From Raja brachyura (lineage: Eukaryota), in assembly GCA_963514005.1 (NCBI GenBank), contig OY740786.1:110732001-110796000 (forward strand): a stretch of 64,000 bases of DNA, given 5' to 3'. The notes under the pieces are model-generated. The model saw only the letters and a program-made list of their open reading frames with translations. It was not told the DNA's origin and searched no databases. Shown here one piece after another: positions 1-12,062 of this stretch; within the stretch, counting starts at the first letter, position 1, and every line of letters begins with the position of its first letter. The position numbers and the translations under genes were made by a program.

Positions 1-109
1 ACTAGAACCCAAGAGATTTCTAGTGAGTTCAGTTCCCATGTATTATTATTTTTTTGTCATTGCAGGCATGAACAGATGGAATTGGCGGTCAAAAGCAGAC
101 TGCATAAGC

Positions 110-270
110 TTAACACAGTGGGTCAGACAGTGGGTCTGGCAGCGTAGGCTGCATTTCGGCTCCCAACCCAAAACGGTGCCTATCCATTTCTCCCACAGAT
201 GCTACCTGGCTCTCAGAGTTCCTCCGGTACTTTGTGTTTTGCTCAAGATTCCAGCACCTGCAGTTCGTTA
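110..270. mobile_element. short Penelope-like-derived repeat, decayed inverted copy
   Basis: acccaaaacggtgcctatcc...cagatgctacctgg...gagttcctcc...cagcacctgcagttc matches the family consensus. Confidence 0.55.
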
Positions 271-1299
271 TGTCATCAGAACACTTAAGCTATTGTTTGT
301 AATAATGTTGTTTTGTGGATATATCATGAGCCAACTCGCGTGAGTGCATCATAGTCATTGAGATAGAAACAAACGGTGTCAGTACATTAGTGCTTTGGTA
401 GGGCAAAGCACTACCCACAGAAAGTGATCTGATTTTCTCAGCTCTTCACTGGAGAAATAGAGATCTACCATCACGATAGAGTGGAACTATGCACTGAAAC
501 GCACACATTTATTGACAACCACATCAGGAAAAAAATACATTTATTATGTGGATATTAACTTTACATTGATCTCTTTGTATTCTTGTCATTCACAAAATCA
601 TAGGGTGTTATTTTCTTTCCAAGAAACATTAATTTATTTTCTCATGAGTGCATGTAAAGCCTGTGGCTTTAAAAGATGAATATAAATCTTTGAAATAATG
701 AACAGATCAGCGTGCAGAGTTACAGTTTGAAAAAATATACCGCTCTCTGCCCTCCCTTTTGTGAAAAAAATTCTGCTTAGCAGTTCCAATCCTTTGAATC
801 TGAGGCAAAGCAAGACATTGAAAGCAAAGCAAGATTGAGATGGAATCAATCACATTTAAATTAATGTGATTCTTGTAAGCTGCAGCTGAGTGCTGGCCTG
901 ACACAGTGAGGAAGAAGCACAGGAAGAAATTAAAAGCTTTCCTCTCTTGAAAGAACAGTGAATACAAGCTCTTATTATCTGTCAATCATCTGGAATTGCT
1001 CACAACCTAAACTCCATTTGGAAGCAAATCAGAATATTCGAACCCCTAATTTTCATTTGGTTCTATCGTAATTCCACATTGCAGTTCACTTTTTAACAAA
1101 GTGGAAGGACGGAGATGGTCCAAAAGGATTAGGAATAGAGTCTATCAAGATATAGGAAATAGGGAGAAAATAACTGCAGCATTTACTTTGATCCAAATGC
1201 ACTCATGAAGGTGAATTTCCAGTTGCATTGCTTGCATCAGCCAGCTGCAGTTTAAGATTGGAATTCTGTGGATCTCTCACGAGAGTGGAGGATTCCTAC

Positions 1300-2349
1300 A
1301 GCTTTCCACAGAATCGGTTTACAGTTGTTAAATAAAGAGATTCAGGAATGTTACGAGTTTGTAGATGATGCAAAATTCTGAAATGGAATCAACATTTAAG
1401 GAAGACAGCTGGCTTCATTGGGACTTTGACAAGTTGATGAAATGAGCAAAATGTTTAATGCAGACAAGTGTGATGCGATGCATTTATTGAGTAGGATTAA
1501 GGAAAAGTAACACAAACTGGATGATATAATTGTAAAGGGAGCACAAATGTAGAGAGCTCCAAAATGCAAGCACAAATCTTTGCTGCTGAAGGCACTAATT
1601 GAAAAAGCTGAGTAGAAAGCATGCATGAATATTGGATTTATGAACAGAGACATGGAATATAAAAAGTATGGAAGTAACGTTGAACCTTTATAATTCATTG
1701 GTTAAGCTTCAACTAGAACATGCTATTGAATTTTGGCAACTCTCTAACGAAGGACATCAAGCCCTTTAGATGATGCCAAGGAGATTTTAAAGTATTATGC
1801 ATATGAGGGGCCACAGTCATGCCGTGACACAAAAGAAGTTAGCATTTTCCTCTTGGAGCTGAGAAGACTGAATGGACACTTAATAGAGTTAATCAAAATT
1901 ATGGTGGGATTTGACGGAACCATTATGGGGAACTGATTTCCACTGGCTGGTCAGTAACCAGAGGGTAGAATTAAAATAAGAAGTAAAAGAAGTAGAGCAT
2001 AAAACAAAGTGCTGGAGGAACTCAGCGGGTCAGGCGGCAACTGTGAAGGGAAATGGACAGACGACATTTCAGGTCGAAGCCCTTCTTCACACTGAAGAAG
2101 GCTCCCAACCTGAAGGCAAAAGACCTAGACTGGAGCTGATCTTTGTTGAAATGTGCAAGTTGTTAAGATCTGAAATGAGTGGCCGTGATTTTGCCCATAC
2201 ATTTGAAATGGAAACTTTGGCAGGCAGATGTTGAATGGAAAGACTGGGAGGGGAGTAGGGACAGGGTCAGGTGTAATCTGGTTGATTTTGCAAAGGTCCA
2301 GCACAACGATGAGGGCCTGAATGGCCTCCTTTTGTGCTCTGTGATTCTA
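1300..2349 (+). mobile_element. decayed CR1 LINE 3' portion, interrupted by a short Penelope-like repeat at ~1996-2116
   Basis: Remnant RT motifs (FVDDAK, FNADKC, YNSLVKLQLEH) and CR1 tail gggcctgaatggcctcctt. Confidence 0.7.
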
Positions 2350-2614
2350 GGGGCAAGCTGTCCACATGATCAATACTTCCGTTCATGCAGAAATGAGCCA
2401 AATTAAGTTGCAACTTATCGGGGCTTATATAAGGGCATATTTTTGAATTTCTCTCAGGATTTCCCCAAAATGAGGAGTTTCTGCCATGTACTTACTCTCC
2501 TCTATGACCTTTGTGGGTAACATGCCCATAAAATGTTTTTTTTAGGCAGATGAATTAAGTTGCACAACTGCAGCTCAAAGATGACGTTTCTTCATTACAA
2601 TCAGCTTCTATTAC

Positions 2615-2713
2615 CTTCATTCTCAGTCTTTTGGGTGGGCTTGCTTGTGGCTCCGTCTCGTCCTTTTCCGGGACCACTGGGTGCTTTGTCATTTCGTCCC
2701 ATTGAATTTGCAT
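2615..2713 (-). CDS. efnb2: ephrin-B2 coding exon 4 (juxtamembrane linker)
   Basis: Acceptor actttttag, donor gtaata, 99 nt, phase 1-1, open and in frame with exon 3: (D)ANSMGRNDKAPSGPGKGRDGATSKPTQKTENE(G). Begins DA.S like mammalian exon 4 (DASS); the rest is divergent. Confidence 0.8.
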
Positions 2714-4063
2714 CTAAAAAGTTTTTAAAAAGGTTGTTTCAGTTACATGCCGTAGCGCTGAGATACTTCATCAGTCAGACAAAGAGGAAGATCCCTCAAC
2801 ACTGATGTTTTATTTCAAGGGCAACAAACAGAAGCCACTGTGGACACTAGCACCATGACTGCAACAAAGTCTGTTTGCCTTTAGCTTTGTTTACTTGATG
2901 TGGAAGTCACTTTGATGGACAAGAGTGTTCAATATAAAGTTTCTATTTCTGTATTCAGACTTACAAAATGAACCAGCAGAACTAATTATTGAGAAGGTTT
3001 TGATAGGTATATATTCAGTCCTCTCAACATATGAGGTGAAGTGTAATTCATTTTGAAGCACAAGGAGTTGTGGAAAAACAAGCAATTTAGAACTTTCACT
3101 TTTACAGACGCCCTGCACTGCTGGCTTTATTTCATTTTTAGATTGTTGTGTGTGTACCCTTGGCGGCATGGCAATGTTCACTGTCTAAATTGGCCCTTTC
3201 CCGGGCTAGAGCTTATAGAAAGTGCAAACATTAGGTATTTAGATGCTGACCCTCAAAAGCCATCTATAACAGCTATTGAGAAACCTACCAACAACAGGCA
3301 AAGTTTTTGCAGATGATAGCTCAATCAAACAGAGGATGCTGACAGAATGCTGAATAGACACTATTTGGAAAAAGCGGCATTGAAGTGGTTGCAAGTTTTT
3401 GCTTTGCACATACTAAACATGTAAGAGGGGGTTACTCATGACCACACAGATTGCATTTCAAAATTAAAATTAAGTTACACGAAACCAACTTAGATTCCAT
3501 TTACTGTCAACATTTTACAAGGAGGAAATATGCTGCTTAAGCATTTATTTTAATTAACAACCTTTACATTCAAATGAACCTCCAATGTCCTACAAAATAA
3601 ATTTCTCATTATTGACTTGAAAACAAAGATAAGCACGTCAGCATGTATAATTATTTATTTTATTTTGAAATGCTAATTGAATTTTCTTCAATCATAACAG
3701 AAAATGTAAAGTTATTTTTTTCCCACAAATTAAAAAGTACTCATGCTTATCTCTTTGTCGACCAACCTGATGGAACAAATACAAACAGATTGTTGTAATG
3801 CAATTTACTTTGCAACTATCCAATTAAAATGTAGGACAACAAGCTGTTGGACTACTTCTAATCAATTTCATACAACAAATGAGAACTCTAGAAAAGTTAT
3901 AGTGGTTAAATATTGCACACCCTTCAGTTCTGATGGCTGCAGACAACTAATAAATCTTTGCTCTCTTGAAGAGTGCCTTTGTGCCTTTAATTGTCCAGCT
4001 TATAACTACATGAGCAAAATAGGCCAATGCACGCATCTCCCAAAAATACCTCTTGACTCTTAC

Positions 4064-4156
4064 CTTGTTCAACTTTCATGATAAGCTTCATGGCTTTGGT
4101 TTGGCACACTCCCCCTTCTCGGTTTTCCAGTCCTTCCAAAGTACCATTTGATGTTG
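4064..4156 (-). CDS. efnb2: ephrin-B2 coding exon 3
   Basis: Polypyrimidine tract ttcttcctccccccccccag, donor gtaaga, 93 nt, phase 1-1. Encodes (S)[30 protein letters not shown], in frame with exon 2. Confidence 0.95.
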
Positions 4157-4623
4157 CTGGGGGGGGGGAGGAAGAAATGAAAGGTTCAATCCTCAAAATT
4201 CAATCCAGTGCATCCATAAAAATGTCCATTGCCACAATAAAGACACTAAATAATTACTGTAGGTACACCAACAGATCGGACACTGCAGCATTTTATCCAA
4301 TATGTTCACTTCCCTTATCCCAATGATATAAAGTAGCTTGGTCATTTATCAGCTATTGAAATCCAATCTTCTGAAAGACACTTAAAATGAGGCCCGTAAT
4401 GTGGCCTTCATCAACAGGTTTGGAGAATTGTGGAGACATATTGCTTTTAGATGAGAAAATCAATAGCACAATGGAAATCTTCATGTAAACCAGGTCTATC
4501 AATTTTGCATGTGTTTTTAATGACCTATTAAACGACACTGTGAGGACAACTCCCTTACAATAGCACCCACACATGGAACAGCAAACATCAGAGCACTGGA
4601 ATGGCTAATAAAGAGGTTATCAT

Positions 4624-4752
4624 GTGTAGGGAGGAACTGCAGATGCTGGTTTAAACCGAAGACAGACACAAAAAGCTGGAGTAACTCAGCGGGTCAGGCA
4701 GCATCCCTGGAGAAAAGGAAGAGGTGACGTTTTGGGTCGAAACCCTTCTTCC
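4624..4752 (-). mobile_element. short Penelope-like-derived repeat with 8-bp TSD
   Basis: Family consensus; gttatcat at 4616-4623 and 4756-4763; hammerhead core degenerate. Confidence 0.7.
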
Positions 4753-5329
4753 GATGTTATCATTGTCACTTGGTCGGGTCATTTAATTACAGGTGTACAC
4801 TTACAATAGCTTGGAAGGTGAAACCAAGCTGCGAAGACTAATTCCAAACACCATTAGTTCTTCAAACAAGATTCGGGTACCACGTGAATTGTTTATTGTA
4901 ATGTGATCTGCTCAGTAGGTTGGCCATTAAAATATGCTCATAAATCAATCCACATGGAGCCTGGGAAAGAAAGTGTGCGTCTTTCTAGACAGGATCAGAC
5001 ATCAGTTTAACATCCAGACACTTTTAAAAACGGCAACACGGATGGGTGGAATGAATACTAGAAAGCCTGAATAACGAATGCAATACCCCACATAACGTAT
5101 TAGTAATCCCGAATCAAGCTCTCTCTTACCATCCATGGGGCTTTTAAAAAGCACTACTGTTTCAGTATTTGACATGCTTTTAGTTTATTTCCTATGTCGT
5201 TTTTTTCAGTTTATGATAATTTAACAGGATCTTTCCATTATATACTACGTTTCACAACTACAGCATTATCTCAAATTGCTTTACAACAAATGATATATTT
5301 TGCAATGATATCCCTTGCAGTAATATTGG

Positions 5330-5530
5330 AAAAGCAATGGCCACTTTATAGAACTAAAGCGGTTAACCAGTTAATTGTCTTTCAGTTCTCAGTTTGAAAG
5401 CTAAATGTTGGCCAGGGCACTGAGGAAAAATTCCCCAGCTCGTCTTGGAAAGATGCCATGGGATCTCGTCCCTGAGACAACAGACACATTTTAACATATC
5501 AGAAATAGCAATGAGGACTGAACATACCAT
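5330..5530 (-). mobile_element. DeuSINE (SacSINE1-like) remnant
   Basis: aaatgttggccagggcactgaggaaaaattccccagctcgtcttggaaagatgccatgggatc resembles the reverse complement of the Deu central domain as I recall it. Confidence 0.5.
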
Positions 5531-6701
5531 TAAGGCTGTTCAAGAGGGACGGGGGTTAGTGGGCCTGACAGTGTGAATCCCCTGAATTAGCGCATGCAGT
5601 TGAAATTACAACTTTGCCGAGCCACCCCGGGGTTAATAAATATGTTGATTAACTTTCTTACTAATACAGGACCTCCTTCAAGGCACCAAGTCACTGGGTA
5701 CTTTTTAATTAAAAAAATAAACAAATAAACACTCAAATTAAACATTATGGACTTTAAAACGATTAAATTATTCTATGGTACACCATTTTCCATCAGCTGC
5801 ACATGGCATCGTGTTGCCATTTACTGTATGCTGGTTTCACCCATTTACCAGGGAGTTGAGGGGATGTTGAAAGTTCATGCATAAATACTGCCCACAGTTG
5901 CAAACTGAGCATTGGCATGTGATAGTGTCATTGTTCACCCAGATCTACGGCCAGCTGAGTTTCTACTGAGTAGAAAAACTACTAAAGATGGAGGAAGTTT
6001 GACACTTACCCTATGTTGCTGTAACCTTGATTTCCCCCAACAATCACGCAACAAACTCTAAACATGCCTTTAGGGTAAATGCTCCATTAAATTAAGTTAA
6101 TTTTGGAATAACTGAGATGTGCAAATTGGAAGCGGAAATTCTTAACTAAAATGTTTACCTATATGAACAACTCCATTCAAGAGTACTGTACTCAATTACG
6201 ACGTCATATTAACAACTAACAATCCACTCTTAAATGGGGAAGAGTTTTGGTCGCAGTTTATGAAGGCAGATTACACGAATTATGACAGACCTGCAGCTCT
6301 GTACAAAAATAATTAACAAAGAGGATATAAAAACGGAATTAAAATTAACTGTGCAATTAAAATTAACTGTGATGGCAGTATTTTCCAACTAGGGTTTGAA
6401 TGCCACATGTAGCTTCTTCTTATTTTTAATTTATTGGCCCTCAAATTATTTTGTGGGATCTTATACAGTAGGCACATACCCTGACCGTCTGAAATTATTC
6501 CAGTGCAGACATTCACCAAGCTAAATGTTTTATCACCGACACCCTAATTAAAGCCTTACATGGAATTGGTTGTAAGTTATTAATGAGCTACTATTTTCTG
6601 TTGCCTTCTTTGTTTTCCCTTCCTCCATACCTGCCTATCCAAAGTATGAACAGTTGAAAAATCCCTGATCCCTCCGTCTCGCCTGTCCTCCCACCCTAGA
6701 T

Positions 6702-7062
6702 GTTTAGTCTAGTTTAGTTTAGAGTTACAGCGCGGAAAAAGGCCCTTCGGTCCACCGAGTCCGTGCTGACCAGCGATCCCTGCACACTAACACTGTCCTA
6801 AGCACTAGGGGCAATTTACAATTTTACCAAGCCTATTAACCTACAAACATGTACATCTTTGGAGTGTGGGAGGAAACCGATCCTGGAGAAAACGTATTTT
6901 ACTGATTTTGGATGGCCGTATTGAATGGCTCGAAGGGCCGACACCTGCACCAATTTTCTATGTTTCCATGTTTCTAAAACCCATGCAGGTGATGGGGAGA
7001 ACGTACAAACCCCGTAGTTAGGATCGAACCCGGGTCTCTACCACTACTCCATCGTGCCACCC
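6702..7062 (-). mobile_element. tRNA-derived SINE (HE1/V-SINE-like) with a CR1 3' tail inserted at ~6893-6975
   Basis: (gttta)n tail, ggcccttcgg 3' end, tttggagtgtgggaggaaacc V-domain-like segment, B-box gatcgaacccggg. Insert ends tatgtttccatgtttct and is flanked by aaaac. Confidence 0.7.
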
Positions 7063-7837
7063 CATGGTGCTACTGGAAACATCAGAAAAAGCCAGCGCCT
7101 TGATCTGTGCACCATTTGTTAGCTGTGAAATAGGATCAGGCATAGGCTTACAAATGTAGTCTGTTCAGCATGTCAGTATGCAAAGTGGCCACCTCAGCAA
7201 GATAACAAGTGCGTCCATTCAAATTATATGAAAAAAGTTAACCGTAGACATTGTTCAATGTGACAGGTTTTGAGGTCAAGCTACAAAGCAATGAGCAACC
7301 GACAAGTAAAAATCTCATTTGATTCTTTATGTTTGCTTCAGATGGTGTCTGGTTTCTCTGTTCTGGGGTGGGAGGTGCATTGGACAAATAATAAAAAGCT
7401 GTTTACTGGAAGTAATCTGACACTCCTCACTGGAGTCACATTGCAATGCGGCCCACATCATTTATCTAACAATTAGCGTTGGGTGTTGAGCGAATTATTT
7501 GAAAAATTCATAGGGACAGCCCAACTACTGCCTCACATATCCTCGCAGCTGCATGGGGTCAAGCTGTGAAGAAAACCTCCCAGTGTAAAGGTCTGCGTTA
7601 CATTCGCGAAAGGAGACAAATCATCGGGTGATGCCCAGGCCACCAGAGCTTCATCACATTAGCACCTGTTGAAAGCTGCATGCAACTGAAACTCTGGAGC
7701 AAGTGCACAGTATTCCCAATGGGCTGCAAGAGTGGAAGAGACAGAGTAAGCATCAGCACACTCTCTTCTTTAAAAAAAATATATATTTCAACCTTTAACG
7801 TTAACCTGGCTCCCAAGTCAACGCTTTAACTATTTAT

Positions 7838-8059
7838 GTGCTGGTTTAAACCGAAGATAGACACAAAAAACTGGAGGAACCCAGCGGGTCAGACAGCATT
7901 CTCTGGAGAAAAGGAATAGGCGACATTTCGGGTCGAGACCTTTAACTGAAGAAGGCCTCAACCAGAAACGCCACCCATTCCATCACAGATCCCGCTGAGT
8001 TACTACAGCATTTTGTGTCTAATTCACTTTAAACCAGCATCTGCAGTTTCTTCCCACAC
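7838..8059. mobile_element. fold-back pair of Penelope-like-derived repeat
   Basis: gctggtttaaacc...gacatttcgggtcgagacc / ctgaagaaggcctcaaccagaaacgcc...tttaaaccagcatctgcag. Confidence 0.7.
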
Positions 8060-8245
8060 CCTTAACTGTTTAACTGCTTTGAAAATAAACAAGCCCTCAC
8101 TGAGTTTGTGTTTTAAATCCCTAATGGACCCGCATGTACCATTTTCAAAGGTAAAATAGCACATTCTTGAAAATAGTCGACTGGCTTTTTGAGGTGATTC
8201 CGTATTTCAGAGTCCAGAAAGCAGCATTGTACATTTACACAGTAG

Positions 8246-8988
8246 CATAGAAACATAGAAAATAGGTGCAGGGCGAGGCCATTTGGCCCTTCAAGCCTGC
8301 ATCACCATTCATTGTGATCATAGCTGATGATCCACAATCAGTAAGCCATGACTGCCTTCTTCCCATATCCTTTCATTCCGCTAGCCCCTAGAACTCTATA
8401 TAACTCTCTTGTAAATTCATCCAGTGAATTTGCCTCCACTGAGGCAGAGAATTCCACAAATTCACAACTCTCTGGGTGAAAATGTTTTTTCTCATCTCAG
8501 TTTTAAATGGCCTCTTGGACTGTGGCCCCTGGTTCTGGACTCCCCCAACATTGGAAACATTTATCCTGCATCTAGCTTGCCCAGTCTTTTTATAATTTTA
8601 TATGTTTCTGTAAGATCTCCTCTCATCCTTATAAATTCCAGTGAATTCCAGTGAATACAAGCCCAATCTTTCCAATCTTTCCTCATATGACAGTCCCGCC
8701 ATCCCGGGGATTAGCCTCGCGAACCGACACTGCACTGCCTCAATAGCAACGATGTCCTGCCACAAATTAGGAGACCAAAATTGCACACAATACTCCAGAT
8801 GTGGTCTCACCAGGGCCTTTTACAACTGCAGAAAGACCTCTTTACTCCTCTACTCAAATCCTCTTGTTATGAAGGCCAACATGCCATTAGCTTTCTTCAC
8901 TTCCTGCTGCACCTGCATGTTTACTTTCAGTGACTGGTGTACAAGGACACCCAGGTCTCGTTGCACTTCCCTTTTTCCTAATCTGACA
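8246..8988 (-). mobile_element. 5'-truncated CR1 LINE
   Basis: RPHLEYCVQFWSP...RLIPGMAGLSYEERLERLGLYSLEF; (catagaaa)n tail. Confidence 0.9.
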
Positions 8989-10829
8989 GCAAACAAACAA
9001 ACTCCAACCGTACGATCATAAATCCTAAAGCAGTCACAGGCTGACCACTGCCTAATTCCTTACACCTTTGTGTCAGATTATGGAACCTTTATGCTCTGTC
9101 CTCCAGTTGTAAAAGACAGCTGAAATTCCAATTTAAGGCAATTCTGAAATGTCAAAATAATGTTTAATTACTCCTGCATACAACTCCTGCATTCAAAACA
9201 AAAACGGCCCAATGTTATGTTGAGAGCTGTGGCCATTTATCCAATAAAATTCGAATAGTGTGTAGTTGGTAAAACCATGCTTAGAAGTTAGAAAATCGAA
9301 GTTGCAGTACAGGTTGCTGTTCTGCTCCGTAGAGTTAGATTTAAATCAATATATCAACAACCGGCAGTGCTCTTTGAGTTGAGACAAACATTGTATGACA
9401 ATAATTTGCACCAGTAAACCAAGGGTAATCTGGCAGTTAATCGAGTAGGCTCACTGCAGTGTCTTTCAGACTGAGCCATGACAGCTTAAAAATAACAAAC
9501 TCTGCTGCTGCACGGATTGCTGGAGTGATCTGATCCACTGTCTGCTTTTTGCCAGATTGCACAGTTTTCACATTATCACAGCAATGGTGGTACTGGTCCA
9601 CGTTAGGGCCTAATGATTTGAAGAAAATCGCTTGCACTTTTCAATTGGTGGGGGAAGGGGAGTTCATTGTGATGGAGAAGAAGAAGGCTGCGATTTACAT
9701 CATAATTCCAACGAGAACAATATTACTGCTGGCTTCTTACTATTTATCTAGCTGTTGCACCTGTCAGAAAGAACAACTACAGCTGCTGGCACGAGGTTCT
9801 TGTCAAAATTGTACACAATTTTAAAATGGAATGATGATATGAATTAATAAACATGAGAGAAATATGCTTATACATGTGCCACTTCTGAATTCTCCCCATC
9901 CCCAATGGAAGAGAAGTGATATTACATTTTAATGCATCTTCGTTTGATCATTTATTACCCTACTTCTCCGGAGACTATGCTTCATAAAGCAACTATGCTT
10001 CATATACACTTGGGTGATCTGGGCTTTCAGACGAGTAAGACTGTTTAATCACTGACTAAATAAAGCTCTGGATTTTTGACTGTACCTTTGGTTTTGCTGT
10101 CAACAATCAGAGGGACCTGAACTGAAGCAGCAGATTTCAGTTCCCCACTATCCCATGATCAGAAAATAATGTTTTAATTTTTTCAGGATGTCAGGTCATT
10201 CTATCTACTGCTTTTAGGTCACTCAAAATTCAGCCATAAAACTTGCCTCAATTTCCCTGCAACTTGCTGGGCATCACCAGGTGTACTAACTATATGAATA
10301 GTTTTGCCGTTTATTAAAGGTCAGCATCCAAGTATTTCAAACCTGTAGTACGATGAGAAGGTTCTCACACTCTATGAAAAAACAATCACAGGGGAGCACT
10401 TATTTCTTTTCAAAATGCATCAGCAACTCAATTCACAACAGGAAACTAAAAGTGAGGAGCATGGAGGATAAGAAAGTCAATTGAGATAAGTTAGCATTTC
10501 AAAGCTTAGTTTCCTAAAACAATAAACCTCTGTGTCCACCTGCAGACCCAGACTGATGAAATTTGTGTTTTTATTTATAAATCGCAATTTTTCAAATCGA
10601 TTTTCTGAAGTGCAGAACTGGGTTGAGAGAATATGCGCGACGCTGACACTTAATCAGAAGCTGAATGGATTCGGCTCTGACATTCAAAATAAAACCCAGC
10701 TGTGTTTTTGCCTTCTGAAACTGCCATTCAATTAATTTTGCCCACGTAGTATTTTCGAGCATCTGTATCTCTAGCCTTTACAGCGGACAAGTACACAACT
10801 CGAATGGCTGGAGTCAGCCTAAGGTATTA

Positions 10830-11170
10830 GCTATGCCTCAGTAGAGAATCAATAAGATTATGGGTTCAATTCCTACTGCAGAGACAGGAGCAACAAATCT
10901 AGGCTGCCACTCTGGCACCGACTGTGAGCTGTACTGACAAAAGCACCATATTGCAATAAAACTTTAAGGCAGGGTTCGGGCTACTCTCTCAGGTAGATAT
11001 CAAATATCAACTGATGCTCCTTGATAAAAGCAGGCAAGTATTTCTCATTGGCTTGTCCAACACTAATCCCTTCATCACAAGACGACCTTCTCATTAACAT
11101 TGATATTTTGGGGACCTGGAGCACAATTTGACTGTGGATTACACGTTATACTTCAACAAAAGGCACATCA
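10830..11170 (+). mobile_element. DeuSINE (SacSINE1-like) remnant
   Basis: gggttcaattcctactgcagagacaggagcaacaaatctaggctgccactc...ctctcaggtagatatcaaa: tRNA-like head plus Deu domain. Confidence 0.55.
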
Positions 11171-11639
11171 TTGTCATTAATGTAAACATTATAGATAAAT
11201 GCTAGTTTCTGTTTGCACGCATCCACACACCCCACAACCACATCCCTGCTTTACAGTGTCTTCATGGGTCAAGGATATAGATCAAGGCATCATATGCTCT
11301 CTGCTGGAACATGCATCAATATGCAGTTGCCAATATTCAATAATTGCTTGTTTAAATGCTGGACGCTGGCTGCAATACCTTTCCAGCTGTTAACCAAATG
11401 CAGCCTTATCTGACTGAAGTTCTTTAGAACTAATATAGTACTGCCACATCGAGGTGTATTTAAATGCAGGAAACACCGTTTCACATCCCCGCAGATGTCA
11501 ATTTAAACTCATTCAGCAACTGGTTAAATACATAATTATTTTAATCCTGAAACTTTGGGAAGATTTTCAAAGTCAAAAAGTATTTTAACGTATAATATTA
11601 TTTAAATAAATATTATAAACATCTTAAAAAGTGTAGATA

Positions 11640-12062
11640 TACCAACAGAAAATGCTGGCAACACAGTGGGTCAGCAAGCATCCGAGGAAACGAATGGTTA
11701 GGTCTGAGTCCCTTCACAAGTTTTCATGGACCTGATCACACTGTTTCCACAGATGCTGCCTGACCCATTGAGTGTTTCAAGAAATTTCAGTTTTTATTTC
11801 AGATTTTCAGTATCTGCAGTTTTTTAATATTGTTATCATGTATTCTATGCCACCAAACCAGGAAACGTTTTAATGTTCTGCAGTTTAATTTTCTACAGTA
11901 TTATATATGTTATATTACACAAAATACGCCAAATCACAATTTTCTGTGTAAAACCCAGAGCCTATTGTCTTTTGGAGAAACAAGGAACTACAGATGCTGG
12001 AGTCTTGAGCAAAATACAAAGTGCTGGAGTAACTCTGCGGGACATGCAGCATCTCTGGAGGA
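11640..12062. mobile_element. two decayed Penelope-like-derived repeats (11640-11823 inverted pair; 11976-12062)
   Basis: cagatgctgcctgacccattgag; ggaactacagatgctggagtcttgagcaaaatacaaagtgctggagtaactc. Confidence 0.6.

Noticed and set aside
1-2600. Search for efnb2 exon 5 (transmembrane segment, YYKV tail)
   Set aside because: No FAGIASG-, HYEKVSGDYGHPVY- or YYKV-like coding sequence found; the exon presumably lies beyond the window's left edge.
6336-6371. Short tandem duplications (aattaaaattaactgtg x2; also atgctagaaaaatatgcatt x2 at ~32910-32950)
   Set aside because: Ordinary slippage-type duplications with only two units.
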